A stretch of 64,000 bases of DNA, from contig JAHPZE010000003.1 in assembly GCA_019058365.1 (NCBI GenBank), positions 259,448-323,447 on the forward strand. The letters are read 5' to 3'. The stretch's first letter is position 1. The number at the start of each line of letters is the position of its first letter. Of this stretch, positions 30,454-39,559 are shown one piece after another. Origin of the DNA: Promethearchaeota archaeon. GTDB taxonomy: Archaea; Asgardarchaeota; Lokiarchaeia; Sigyniarchaeales; SOKP01. Under the pieces are notes generated by a model. That model ran no database searches, was not told the DNA's origin, and saw only the letters and a list, made by a program, of their open reading frames with translations. The position numbers and the translations under genes were made by a program.

Positions 30454-31431
30454 ATGACTGAGAATGAAAATTTAAAAAGTAATATTCAAGAAGAAAAAAG
30501 TAAGGAAGAGTTGGATAAAGAAAAAGAAGAAAAATTTAAAATTGAATCCCTTCGAAAAGCCGGAAAAATTGCTCAAGAAGTAAAGAAGTATATTGCACCA
30601 AAAATTAAAGTAGGTGTAAAAGTGTTTGATTTAATTTCTGAAATTGAAACAAAAATTGAGGAATTAGAAGGTTTCTGTGCTTTTCCCGCAAATATATGTA
30701 TAAATAATATTGCAGCGCATTATACATCTCCTATAAGAGATGATGGGTTAGAAATAAAAGAAGGAGATTTAGTTAAAGTTGATTTAGGAGTCCATATAGA
30801 TGGATATCTCGTGGATACCGCCTTTTCTGTAAATTTTAGTGAAGAAGAATCCCTTCAGAATATTATACAGGCGACTGATGTTGCACTTGGAGCTGCAAAG
30901 ATGATAGCTAAACCAAAAATTAATACTCGAGACATTGGTAAAAAAATTGAAGAAATTATTAAAGGCTTTAATTATAACCCAATTAGAGAACTTGGAGGTC
31001 ATCAAATTGAAAGATGGATTGTTCATGGTGAAAAACAATTACCTGAATTAGGATCTCAGGGTGGTGATATAATGGAAGTCGGTGAAGTTTTTGCTATTGA
31101 AATATTTGCTAGTACTGGTGAAGGATCAGTTCATAACACCCAGTATTCATATATTTATGAACTTAATCCTTATGCTGGGCGAGTACCATTACGTAGAAAA
31201 ACATCAAAACAACTCCTTGGCTTTATAAATAAAAATTATAATACTTTACCATTTGCAGAGAGATGGTTGGCAGAAGAATTTAGGATGGGGGTAGCTTTTG
31301 GACTTCAAGAGTTAATACAACAAGGGAAATTACAGGTACATTATGTATTAGCTGAAAAAAAAGGTATTAATGTAGCCCAAATAGAGGAAACTATCCTAAT
31401 AACTGAAGATGGATTCGAACAATTAACATAA
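30454..31431 (+). CDS. map: Methionine aminopeptidase type II
   Basis: AFPANI..N.IAAHYT, KVDLGVHIDGYLVDTA, GGHQI, AIEIFASTG. Confidence 0.95.
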   Translation: MTENENLKSNIQEEKSKEELDKEKEEKFKIESLRKAGKIAQEVKKYIAPKIKVGVKVFDLISEIETKIEELEGFCAFPANICINNIAAHYTSPIRDDGLEIKEGDLVKVDLGVHIDGYLVDTAFSVNFSEEESLQNIIQATDVALGAAKMIAKPKINTRDIGKKIEEIIKGFNYNPIRELGGHQIERWIVHGEKQLPELGSQGGDIMEVGEVFAIEIFASTGEGSVHNTQYSYIYELNPYAGRVPLRRKTSKQLLGFINKNYNTLPFAERWLAEEFRMGVAFGLQELIQQGKLQVHYVLAEKKGINVAQIEETILITEDGFEQLT

Positions 31432-31472
31432 AATACTCAATAGTAATACTTACAAGAATTTAATAATTTAAT

Positions 31473-32576
31473 ATGAACAAATTAAATATTTGCCTTATTT
31501 CTTTAACATTTGCTCCTGATACTCAAGATGGAGCAGCTAAATTTTTTACCGGGATATATAACTTTTTAAAAAATCAAGGTCATAATGTTAAAGTAATTAC
31601 GGGGAAATGGAATATAGAACTTTCAGATCCAAATCTACTACAAATCAATATAGTTAGAAGACGATTTTTTTGGTTTCCGCAATTTAATTTACATGTTATA
31701 AATTATCTAAAAAAAAATGAATTTGATATAATTCATGGAAATAGCCCAAAAGGAGTTTTACCTATAATATTAGCTAATCAGAAACAATTCATATCTACAA
31801 TTCATGATTTAGGTCCATTTGAGACAAGCTTTACAAGAATTCCAATAGAAAAATTCTTGATTAAATATGCAGTTAACAAATCTACTTATATTACAACATG
31901 TTCTGAATTTATTAGACGGGAGATTAAATATTACATACCTAACATTGACATTAATAAAATTTTCAATCTCTATTCTGCGATTGAAGAAAAATATAAACCC
32001 CTTCCTAAAGAAGCTCAAAAATTAAAAGAAAAACTAAATATTAAAGGTCCAGTTCTTCTATATATCGGGCGTATAGCTAAATATAAAGGAGTAAATGATA
32101 TTATTAAAGCTTATAAAATAGCAAAGAAAGAGATCCCCGAACTCAATTTAGTTATGGGAGGTAAACCAGATTTTTATATGGAAAAAATTTACAAGGAATG
32201 GAAGCAGAAATTCAAGGATATTTACTTTGTTGGTTTTATTGCTGAAAAAGAAATTCCAGCATATTTTTCAATGGGTGACATATTCGTAACATATTCTTAT
32301 GCTTCAGAAGGTTTTGGTTTAACACCAATCGAAGCAATTGCTTGTGGAACACCTGTTATTTGTTCATCATTGGTTGCTTATAGAGAAGTTTTAAAAGATC
32401 ATGCTATTTTAGTGTCTCCTAAAAATCCTAAAGAATTGGCAAAAGAAATAGTCAATTTATTGAAAGATGACTCGAAAAGGCAATTATTAATCAAGAAAGC
32501 ACAGAAATTTATAAAAAGATATTCCTGGGATGAGGTTGGTAAAAAACTTGAAATTCTTTATCAAAAATTTATTTAA
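31473..32576 (+). CDS. Glycosyltransferase family 4
   Basis: YIGRIAKYKG, EGFGLTPIEAIACGTPVI. Confidence 0.9.
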   Translation: MNKLNICLISLTFAPDTQDGAAKFFTGIYNFLKNQGHNVKVITGKWNIELSDPNLLQINIVRRRFFWFPQFNLHVINYLKKNEFDIIHGNSPKGVLPIILANQKQFISTIHDLGPFETSFTRIPIEKFLIKYAVNKSTYITTCSEFIRREIKYYIPNIDINKIFNLYSAIEEKYKPLPKEAQKLKEKLNIKGPVLLYIGRIAKYKGVNDIIKAYKIAKKEIPELNLVMGGKPDFYMEKIYKEWKQKFKDIYFVGFIAEKEIPAYFSMGDIFVTYSYASEGFGLTPIEAIACGTPVICSSLVAYREVLKDHAILVSPKNPKELAKEIVNLLKDDSKRQLLIKKAQKFIKRYSWDEVGKKLEILYQKFI

Positions 32577-32603
32577 AATAAATAAACATTATTCAGTAAT
32601 TAT

Positions 32604-33722
32604 TTATTTAGCTTTTAATTTACTTTTTACGTGCTTGAAGCAAATTTTATTGGGATTTTCAAATTGATTAATTTTTTTCTTAAACGAATTTTTCTTAAAT
32701 CTCTCTGCAGTAGGACCATGATTAAGGATATCTATAGTTCTTTCAATTATTTGATTTGACTCTTGTAAGTGTTCTAAAGGAAAACCATTTTTTATTAAAA
32801 ATTTGTCCTGTGGTGCTGATTCTCCGGGGAAAAATTCAATACTAGGCACATTCAATAAACTTGATTCTCTCACAATTGTCCCCCCTCCGCTAATTACTAA
32901 TGCTCCATAGAAACACAAATCCACAATATTTGGTAAATACTGAGTTATGATAATATTATTTTCTTTACTAAGATTTTTAAGTCCTTTTGAGAGAAAGAGT
33001 TCTTGTTTTCTTGAACGAACTAAAAGAAAGTATTTATAATTTGGAAATTCTTTGAAAATTGGAGGAAAAAATTTTTTAATCTGAGTTTCTTCGGGTTTAA
33101 TTTTATGAATGAGATATGAAGCATAAGATGGTTCAGTTCTTATTATCACATATTTTCCTACCTCTAGATCAAAATTCTTAGGAATATTTGGATTAGGAGT
33201 AAATTCCGAAATCCAAGCAATTTCATCAAGTCCATTATACCTTATAATTTTCTCCGGGTCAGCATAGAGTTTTACATATAATTCTTTCGGTATACATTCT
33301 GGAGTGATTATATTTCCTATAAATGGATGGATTAATTTGCATACAGGTTCATTTCGAGGTTCGTCATTCATCCCTATAGAAGGAATTTTTAATCCATATG
33401 CGATTCTCGTCCCTTCTACAGATAAAAAAGTTACAAAATAATCAGGAGAAAATTTTTTTATTATTGGAAAAAGAGTCTTCAAACGATCTATATATGTTTC
33501 TAACTTATTTTCTAATTTTTCACCACCATGCATTCCAATCTTTTTATATCTTATTTTAGAATCATCTAGAATTTGATAAGTTGAATCATAATCTCGAGCA
33601 GTAGTTAATAACTCAGCATCTTCGTTTTCAAACATTTTTAAGAGAGAATTAAACATTATTGCAGTTTTGGGTTGTTCAACATCAATCCAAATTCTCTTTC
33701 CAGAAAGACTCATTGTAAACAC
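32604..33722 (-). CDS. DUF354 family GT-B fold protein
   Basis: IWID...PK, TARDY, IG.HGG, GGGTIVRE. Confidence 0.75.
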   Translation of the reverse strand: MFTMSLSGKRIWIDVEQPKTAIMFNSLLKMFENEDAELLTTARDYDSTYQILDDSKIRYKKIGMHGGEKLENKLETYIDRLKTLFPIIKKFSPDYFVTFLSVEGTRIAYGLKIPSIGMNDEPRNEPVCKLIHPFIGNIITPECIPKELYVKLYADPEKIIRYNGLDEIAWISEFTPNPNIPKNFDLEVGKYVIIRTEPSYASYLIHKIKPEETQIKKFFPPIFKEFPNYKYFLLVRSRKQELFLSKGLKNLSKENNIIITQYLPNIVDLCFYGALVISGGGTIVRESSLLNVPSIEFFPGESAPQDKFLIKNGFPLEHLQESNQIIERTIDILNHGPTAERFKKNSFKKKINQFENPNKICFKHVKSKLKAK

Positions 33723-33839
33723 AAAAATGATAACAATGTTTTATTTTTTTTTGTAAATGATATTATTTTTATTTAAAAATTTGACGCGTTATGAGATCTG
33801 AAATTATCAATAATCTTTAAGGTCTGAGTGAAAAAAAAC

Positions 33840-34133
33840 CTAATTCCCACAAATGCAAGGATTTGATTTACACTTAACGCATACATCAGGATATTTTTTT
33901 GAAATTGCAGATTCAAGATCGATATCTAGTAAATTTGCTATAGAATTTGTCCAAGCAATAATATCTGATAATTCTTCTGAGGCATCATTCGTGTTAATTT
34001 CCTTACTTCTTAAAATACGAGCAAATTCACCAATTTCTTCTATCAACCAAATAAAAGTAGCATCAATCCCTCTACGTTGGTCTGCCTTGAAATAAAGATC
34101 TTTAATTAAATTCTGAAATTCTGAAATTTTCAT
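33840..34133 (-). CDS. MazG-like nucleotide pyrophosphohydrolase
   Basis: WLIEEIGE, EELSDIIAW, C-terminal KYP..C..C...PC.C. Confidence 0.85.
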   Translation of the reverse strand: MKISEFQNLIKDLYFKADQRRGIDATFIWLIEEIGEFARILRSKEINTNDASEELSDIIAWTNSIANLLDIDLESAISKKYPDVCVKCKSNPCICGN

Positions 34134-34167
34134 TCATTTTCAACAATAAACAGTTATTTATCATAAA

Positions 34168-34389
34168 TTATCCCCCACCGGGTATGAATAACCAATCAAA
34201 CACACCTACGTGTGCTAATATTACAATTAGTATTAGAGTTACCGATAATATAACTGTACTTATAGGCCCTATTTTAATCCCAACTGAGCTATCTTGAAAA
34301 AATCTCATCAATCCTGCTCCTCCCATTGGCATCGGGGCACTACCACTTCTTCTTTTTTTACGTCTTGACTCAGTTCCACGAGATGACAT
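34168..34389 (-). CDS. secG: Protein translocase subunit Sec61beta/SecG
   Basis: GAGLMRFF...GIKIGP followed by one TM helix. Confidence 0.88.
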   Translation of the reverse strand: MSSRGTESRRKKRRSGSAPMPMGGAGLMRFFQDSSVGIKIGPISTVILSVTLILIVILAHVGVFDWLFIPGGG

Positions 34390-34547
34390 AATTTAAAATA
34401 TTACTAAAATTTGTAATAACTTTGTTTTAGATTAATTGCCAAAACCATATAAAATTTTATCTTGATATTAAAAAAAAAAATTGGAAAATTTTTATATCTT
34501 GTTTTAATTATTTTTAGATAATTTAAAGCACAAAATGTTGTCATTTA

Positions 34548-36392
34548 TTGAAAAGAAAAGATTTTTTATTAATTTTAATAGGATTACTGTTAATTATAGT
34601 TGCATTATCATATGTGTTTGATAATACAGAAATAGATTTAACAGATTATAATAATAACAAGATTCCACAATCTTCTGCCGACTTGGATGGAATAGAAAAT
34701 ATTATAATAACAAAATTATATAGGAACGCTACTATAACTGCATATGGGTTATTATCTATAGAAGATACTATAACATTTAAAAATTTAAATAATCAACCTA
34801 TAACTTCAATATTTTTTGGGATTCCTATAGATATATCTGAAGATTTAATCTTTTTTAAAGCCACGGGAATTAGTGATAATACTCTACTATCAGACAGTTC
34901 ATCAACAATAATGGATGGAAATCAGATGATAATAATTTATTTTGATTCTCCATTGTTACCCTATCAAATTAGGGATGTTAAATTTACACATACTTATAAA
35001 AATATTATTTCATACAGCTTTCTGGAAGATAATCAACACGTAATTTATTATCCAATAGTTTATCCATTGGTACCATATAATATAGAAGGTGAAGCTTCTG
35101 CGATCTTCCATTATCCTACTGCGGCAACATCAGTAGATGGAGGATGGGGTATTGTAAATCCTACACTTTCTTATATTTCATATGATTTTGATTCGATTAA
35201 AGATGAATTGGAGGTTGATTTTATATCCCCATTTTTAGAAAATTTAGGTGAAAACAAGGAAGCCTTAATACATTTCATTGATAATGATAATTCAAAAGTA
35301 GAGATGGAAGAAGTTAATCGTGAAATTTTTATCTCTCCATGGGGGATTATTAAAGTAAAAGAGGACTGCTTATTATTAAACTTAGGATATAATGCAATTA
35401 ATACCTTCACATTAAAAATTCCTAAAACTGCCACAAATCTTTATGTTTTTGATGATTTAGGTGAAATCCAAGGTACAACGATAGATGATCAAGGTGAATC
35501 TAATTATAAATCTGTAACAATTGTTTTATATTATAATCGAGACACTCTTAAACCAAATACAAATTTTGAATTTAATATTGAGTATGACTTACCATTTGAA
35601 AATTATGTTTCTTTAAATTGGTTTGAGCAATCAATTCAAATTGATTTATTAACAACAAATTATAACTTTCTTGGTATAAACCAGAATATCAACGTTATTA
35701 TTGAGGCTTGCAGTAGTATCAATTCAATTACGGAATCTCCTACAGCTATTATAATGTCTAAGGGTGCTACAACTCTTTCATTCCTATCTGAAACGGTTTG
35801 CCCTTTAGAAAGAAAAATAGTACAATTTACATTTACTATTGATGTGTTCGATATATTATTGAGACCTATTATATTCATATTAATAATATCACTGATTGCA
35901 TCAATATACGTATTGGTAATTAAAACAAGAAAGAAAGTTGATACTACAGTTTTATCAACAAAATATATACCGGTTAATGAAATTAGAGAGTTCTGTTCTT
36001 TATATGAAGAAAAAAATGCTTTAACCTTAGAAATTAGACTAGCAGAAGATGATGCTAAAAGAAAAAAGATAGCAAAAAAAAAGTATAAAAATATTTTAAC
36101 TAAAAATGACTTAAAAATTGATGAAATTCAAAAAGAAATAACTCCTTTTAAGAAAGTATTAATAGAAACAAGTGATATCTTTGGAACTATTGTAAAGAGA
36201 TTAGATATTTTAGAAGCAGAGAGAATAAGTGTTACGGATAGTATAGCTCTTTTAGAATCCAGGTATAGAAGAGGGAGATTACCATCCAGAGCAGCATATT
36301 TAAAATTATCAGATGATTTTATAAAAAGAAGGAAAAAGATTGATAAAACAATTGACAAATTAATTCAGCAATTGAGGAGTTATCTCTTATAA
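34548..36392 (+). CDS. Ribophorin I (OST1/RPN1) homolog
   Basis: Signal anchor, two related lumenal domains (RNATITAYGLLSIED / REIFISPWGIIKVKED, cf. RPN1 R.IEVSHWGNI.VEE), TM helix, helical cytosolic tail. Confidence 0.72.
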   Translation: MKRKDFLLILIGLLLIIVALSYVFDNTEIDLTDYNNNKIPQSSADLDGIENIIITKLYRNATITAYGLLSIEDTITFKNLNNQPITSIFFGIPIDISEDLIFFKATGISDNTLLSDSSSTIMDGNQMIIIYFDSPLLPYQIRDVKFTHTYKNIISYSFLEDNQHVIYYPIVYPLVPYNIEGEASAIFHYPTAATSVDGGWGIVNPTLSYISYDFDSIKDELEVDFISPFLENLGENKEALIHFIDNDNSKVEMEEVNREIFISPWGIIKVKEDCLLLNLGYNAINTFTLKIPKTATNLYVFDDLGEIQGTTIDDQGESNYKSVTIVLYYNRDTLKPNTNFEFNIEYDLPFENYVSLNWFEQSIQIDLLTTNYNFLGINQNINVIIEACSSINSITESPTAIIMSKGATTLSFLSETVCPLERKIVQFTFTIDVFDILLRPIIFILIISLIASIYVLVIKTRKKVDTTVLSTKYIPVNEIREFCSLYEEKNALTLEIRLAEDDAKRKKIAKKKYKNILTKNDLKIDEIQKEITPFKKVLIETSDIFGTIVKRLDILEAERISVTDSIALLESRYRRGRLPSRAAYLKLSDDFIKRRKKIDKTIDKLIQQLRSYLL

Positions 36393-36416
36393 GATCATTT
36401 GAATGTGAATGAATTT

Positions 36417-37040
36417 ATGAAACCATGGTTATTTGACATATTAGCATGTCCTATTGATAAACATTTTCCACTAAAATTATACATTTTTTCTTTTGAAAAT
36501 AAACCAGAAGAATTTCAATCTATAATTGACATTTATAAAAACAGAGATATCACCATTATTAAAAAAGAAAAAATAATTGAGGTTTTTCAAGAAAATAATG
36601 AATATTTCTTAAGGGATAATATAGTTATTGAAAAAAACAAATTTCGATCCTATCTTGAGTTAATAATATCGAGTATAAATGAGTTTGAAAATATCTTTAA
36701 TAATTCTACAAACCAATTGAGTAAAAAAAGTTTTCAAATCATAAATTCTGAAGTTAAATCTAAAATTTTAGAAATTTTTAAAGATATAGAATTCCATCAT
36801 ATTGAAGATATATTTCCTGAGTTATATTTTATAAATAAGGTAAAATTAGACCTTGAAATTGAATCAGGTATATTATTTTGCAGCAAATGTAAACGTTGGT
36901 ATCCTATTATAGACACAATTCCACAGATGCTTCCTGATAAGTATCGTGATGAAAGAAAAGAAATTGAATTCCTTAAAACCAATAAAAATTTATTAGATGA
37001 AAAATTTTTTAATCAAGATCTTAAACCATTTAATATTTAA
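36417..37040 (+). CDS. trm112: Trm112-like methyltransferase activator with long insertion
   Basis: MKPWLFDILACPIDKHFPL ... IESGILFCSKCKRWYPIIDTIPQMLP. Confidence 0.8.
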   Translation: MKPWLFDILACPIDKHFPLKLYIFSFENKPEEFQSIIDIYKNRDITIIKKEKIIEVFQENNEYFLRDNIVIEKNKFRSYLELIISSINEFENIFNNSTNQLSKKSFQIINSEVKSKILEIFKDIEFHHIEDIFPELYFINKVKLDLEIESGILFCSKCKRWYPIIDTIPQMLPDKYRDERKEIEFLKTNKNLLDEKFFNQDLKPFNI

Positions 37041-37086
37041 AATTAAATAAAATAAAATATCTCAACTATTTCAAATACAAACTCTT

Positions 37087-37218
37087 AGCCCGGTGGTGTA
37101 GATTAATACATATATTATGTATTAAGTAAATTGGCCAAGCATTTGGGGCCTTGAACCCCGCGACCACGGTTCGAATATTAAAAAGGTTTCTGATTAATCG
37201 AAATTCCGTGCCGGGCTA
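37087..37218 (+). tRNA. tRNA-Gln(UUG) with two non-canonical introns (about 37102-37131 and 37176-37204)
   Basis: Acceptor AGCCCGG/CCGGGCT+A (A1-U72 typical of archaeal Gln), D stem GTGT/GCAT, anticodon arm TGGGG-CCTTGAA-CCCCG, T stem CACGG/CCGTG with TTCGAA. Confidence 0.85.
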
Positions 37219-37449
37219 TTATTTTTAATAATTTACTTAAAAAAATTTTTCAATTACAGATATTTTTAATTTTATATTTTTGACTACAAATTAAAAGTCA
37301 TAAAACTCAATTCTTAATTGGTATTTATCATCTAACTATAAAAAATTTTAAATAAGTTAAAAAAACCAAAATTTATAAATAATAAGAAGAAAGATTTATT
37401 TTTCTTGCAAGTAAAATATAATTTAATTAACTTTAAAGAAAAGAATACC

Positions 37450-37752
37450 ATGTTTAAATTCAGTTTGAAAAGAAAAGTAGGAAAAAAAAAATTGTTAACA
37501 CTATGTCTTTTAATTGCAGTGATTACTACTATATCTCTTGTTATTTTTGTTGCATTTTCAAATGCACCAGTTAGCCCTGATGATGGGAGCGGTGATAATG
37601 GGAGCGGTGATGATGATTGTTTTTGACACAAAACTTCTGGGAGTAATCTAATGGAAGATAGCATTCTATATCAAAAAAATTCAGTTGATAATCAGAATTT
37701 TGATTTAGATCTCAAAGAAATTAAATCCTATTTGTGTGATCCTTATAAATAA
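37450..37752 (+). pseudogene. Small membrane-anchored ORF interrupted by an in-frame TGA at 37624 (pseudogene or readthrough)
   Basis: Basic N-terminus, TM helix, DDGSGDNGSGDDD linker, CF-TGA, then 41 more open codons. Confidence 0.35.
37579..37614 (+). repeat. 15-nt tandem repeat GAT(G/A)ATGGGAGCGGT x2 plus partial
   Basis: gatgatgggagcggt gataatgggagcggt gatgat. Confidence 0.7.
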
Positions 37753-38126
37753 ATATTAGTTATAAGAGGACAACCATGCAATGGCGTTGGATTTAAAAGA
37801 AAAATTTCTTTTTTTAATTTTTTTTAAGGAAATACTCGTTTATTGAAATATAAAATAATTGTATAAGCAAGTTTTTTGAGAGAGTTTAATATTTTTTGAA
37901 TAGAATTTTTGTTTAAATTCTATAAAATCAATAGATAAATTGTAAAAAAAATTAGGATTGTACAATTTACTATCCTTAAATGAGTTCAATAATTTAATTA
38001 TTCATCCATTCCATTTTACATAATGTAAAAAATCGGAAACTATAATATTAAGCCAAATATTTTTTTTTTCAACCTTAAAGTTCAAAATATTAATATCTTC
38101 AAAATCGCTTTTAATTTGTAAAAATT

Positions 38127-39497
38127 ATGATTCCATTATCTGATTTGAAATGGGGATTTTTAGAAATATTTTATTTAATTATTATCTTTATTGTAGGCTT
38201 TCTAATTACTTACTTAATCCTCCCGTACATAATAAAATTGATGAAAAAAAAGAAATTTGTTGGATATGACATCCATAAGAATGCTCAACCAGAAATTGCC
38301 GAATCTGGAGGTATTAGTATAGTTATTGGTTTTTCCATTACTTCAATTTTTTTAATTATATTTTTTCCTAATTTTATGAATGAAACCATTGTCTTTTTAT
38401 TAACTATTTTGATAGCAGGAGCTATTGGATTTATCGATGATAGAAAAAAACTCAGATCACGGTATAAAATAATTTTATCAATTTTTTCTGGTACAACTAT
38501 TTTTTTTGCTAATTTAATTGGTTTTATTACAATAAGCTCACCAACTATTCCCTTCCTTGATCAAACTCGATTAACAATTATTTATCCTTTCTTAATCCCC
38601 ATTATTGTAGCTGTTTTTACCAATACAGTAAATATGTTAGAAGGTTATAATGGCGAGGGTTCAGGAACGTGTTTAATCGCGGTCTGTTTTCTTTTTATAT
38701 GTAGTTTAATCTGGAATTCTGCTGAGGGAGTGATTTTTACAATTCCAGTCATTGCAGTATTAATTCCTTTTTTCGTATATAATAAATTTCCAGCAAAAGT
38801 ATTTCCTGGAGATATAGGTACATTAAGCATAGGTGCAATGATTGCATGCATTATGTTATTTGGGTCATTAGAAGTTGCCACTTTTTGTGCTCTTTTAATT
38901 CATATATTCAACAGTTTTTATTATATTTATTCCGTACGTGGGTTTTTTGAGAGCAGTAGTATCAAAGGCAGTAAAGAAGATATAATCTTACTCAAAGATG
39001 ATCGAATTAAAGCTTCAGATCAAAAAGATGCAGTATTAACATTGCCTAGATTAATATTAGCAAAAGGACCATTAACAGAACCAGAATTACTAAAAAACTT
39101 TTATGCTATTTCAATAATATGTGGTTTTTTTTCCATACTCTCTATCTTACTCATGCGATATGGTTTGGGGAACTTAAATGCCTACATCTTTATTATTATG
39201 TTAATCGTTCTTTTAGCTCCAACTATGTTCATATTATATAAATTCCCCAGAATTAAAGGAATTATTTTTCTGATGATAGTTTTATTAATCTCTATTTTGG
39301 TATTCTTAATATTTATTGAAGCTGTAATTATGCCTCTTCCTTTTGAAGATGTAAAACTTTGGATAATAAATATTCCAATTAATCTATTAATTTCGTTTAT
39401 ATTAATGATTCCTATATTGTTATTATGGTATCTGATTACAATAAAGTATTTCTGGTTTGAAATTGATAAAATGAATAAAATTGAAACCCAAAATTAA
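38127..39497 (+). CDS. UDP-GlcNAc:dolichyl-phosphate GlcNAc-1-phosphotransferase (AglH/ALG7-like, MraY family)
   Basis: GYDIHK....IAESGG, IGFIDD, TNTVNMLEGYNG, FPAKVFPGDIGT. Confidence 0.85.
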   Translation: MIPLSDLKWGFLEIFYLIIIFIVGFLITYLILPYIIKLMKKKKFVGYDIHKNAQPEIAESGGISIVIGFSITSIFLIIFFPNFMNETIVFLLTILIAGAIGFIDDRKKLRSRYKIILSIFSGTTIFFANLIGFITISSPTIPFLDQTRLTIIYPFLIPIIVAVFTNTVNMLEGYNGEGSGTCLIAVCFLFICSLIWNSAEGVIFTIPVIAVLIPFFVYNKFPAKVFPGDIGTLSIGAMIACIMLFGSLEVATFCALLIHIFNSFYYIYSVRGFFESSSIKGSKEDIILLKDDRIKASDQKDAVLTLPRLILAKGPLTEPELLKNFYAISIICGFFSILSILLMRYGLGNLNAYIFIIMLIVLLAPTMFILYKFPRIKGIIFLMIVLLISILVFLIFIEAVIMPLPFEDVKLWIINIPINLLISFILMIPILLLWYLITIKYFWFEIDKMNKIETQN

Positions 39498-39559
39498 AAA
39501 TGAATCTAATAATTGACAACTTAATTAAAAAAACTTGTTAACTAATATAGGTATTTTCT

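Noticed and set aside
33789-33832. SECIS- or K-turn-like hairpin (ATGA...CTGA with tandem GA)
   Set aside because: Register is off by one for a SECIS or C/D core, and no selenoprotein gene lies upstream on that strand.
37219-38126. Integrated element at the tRNA
   Set aside because: No duplicate of the tRNA 3' end and no integrase seen.
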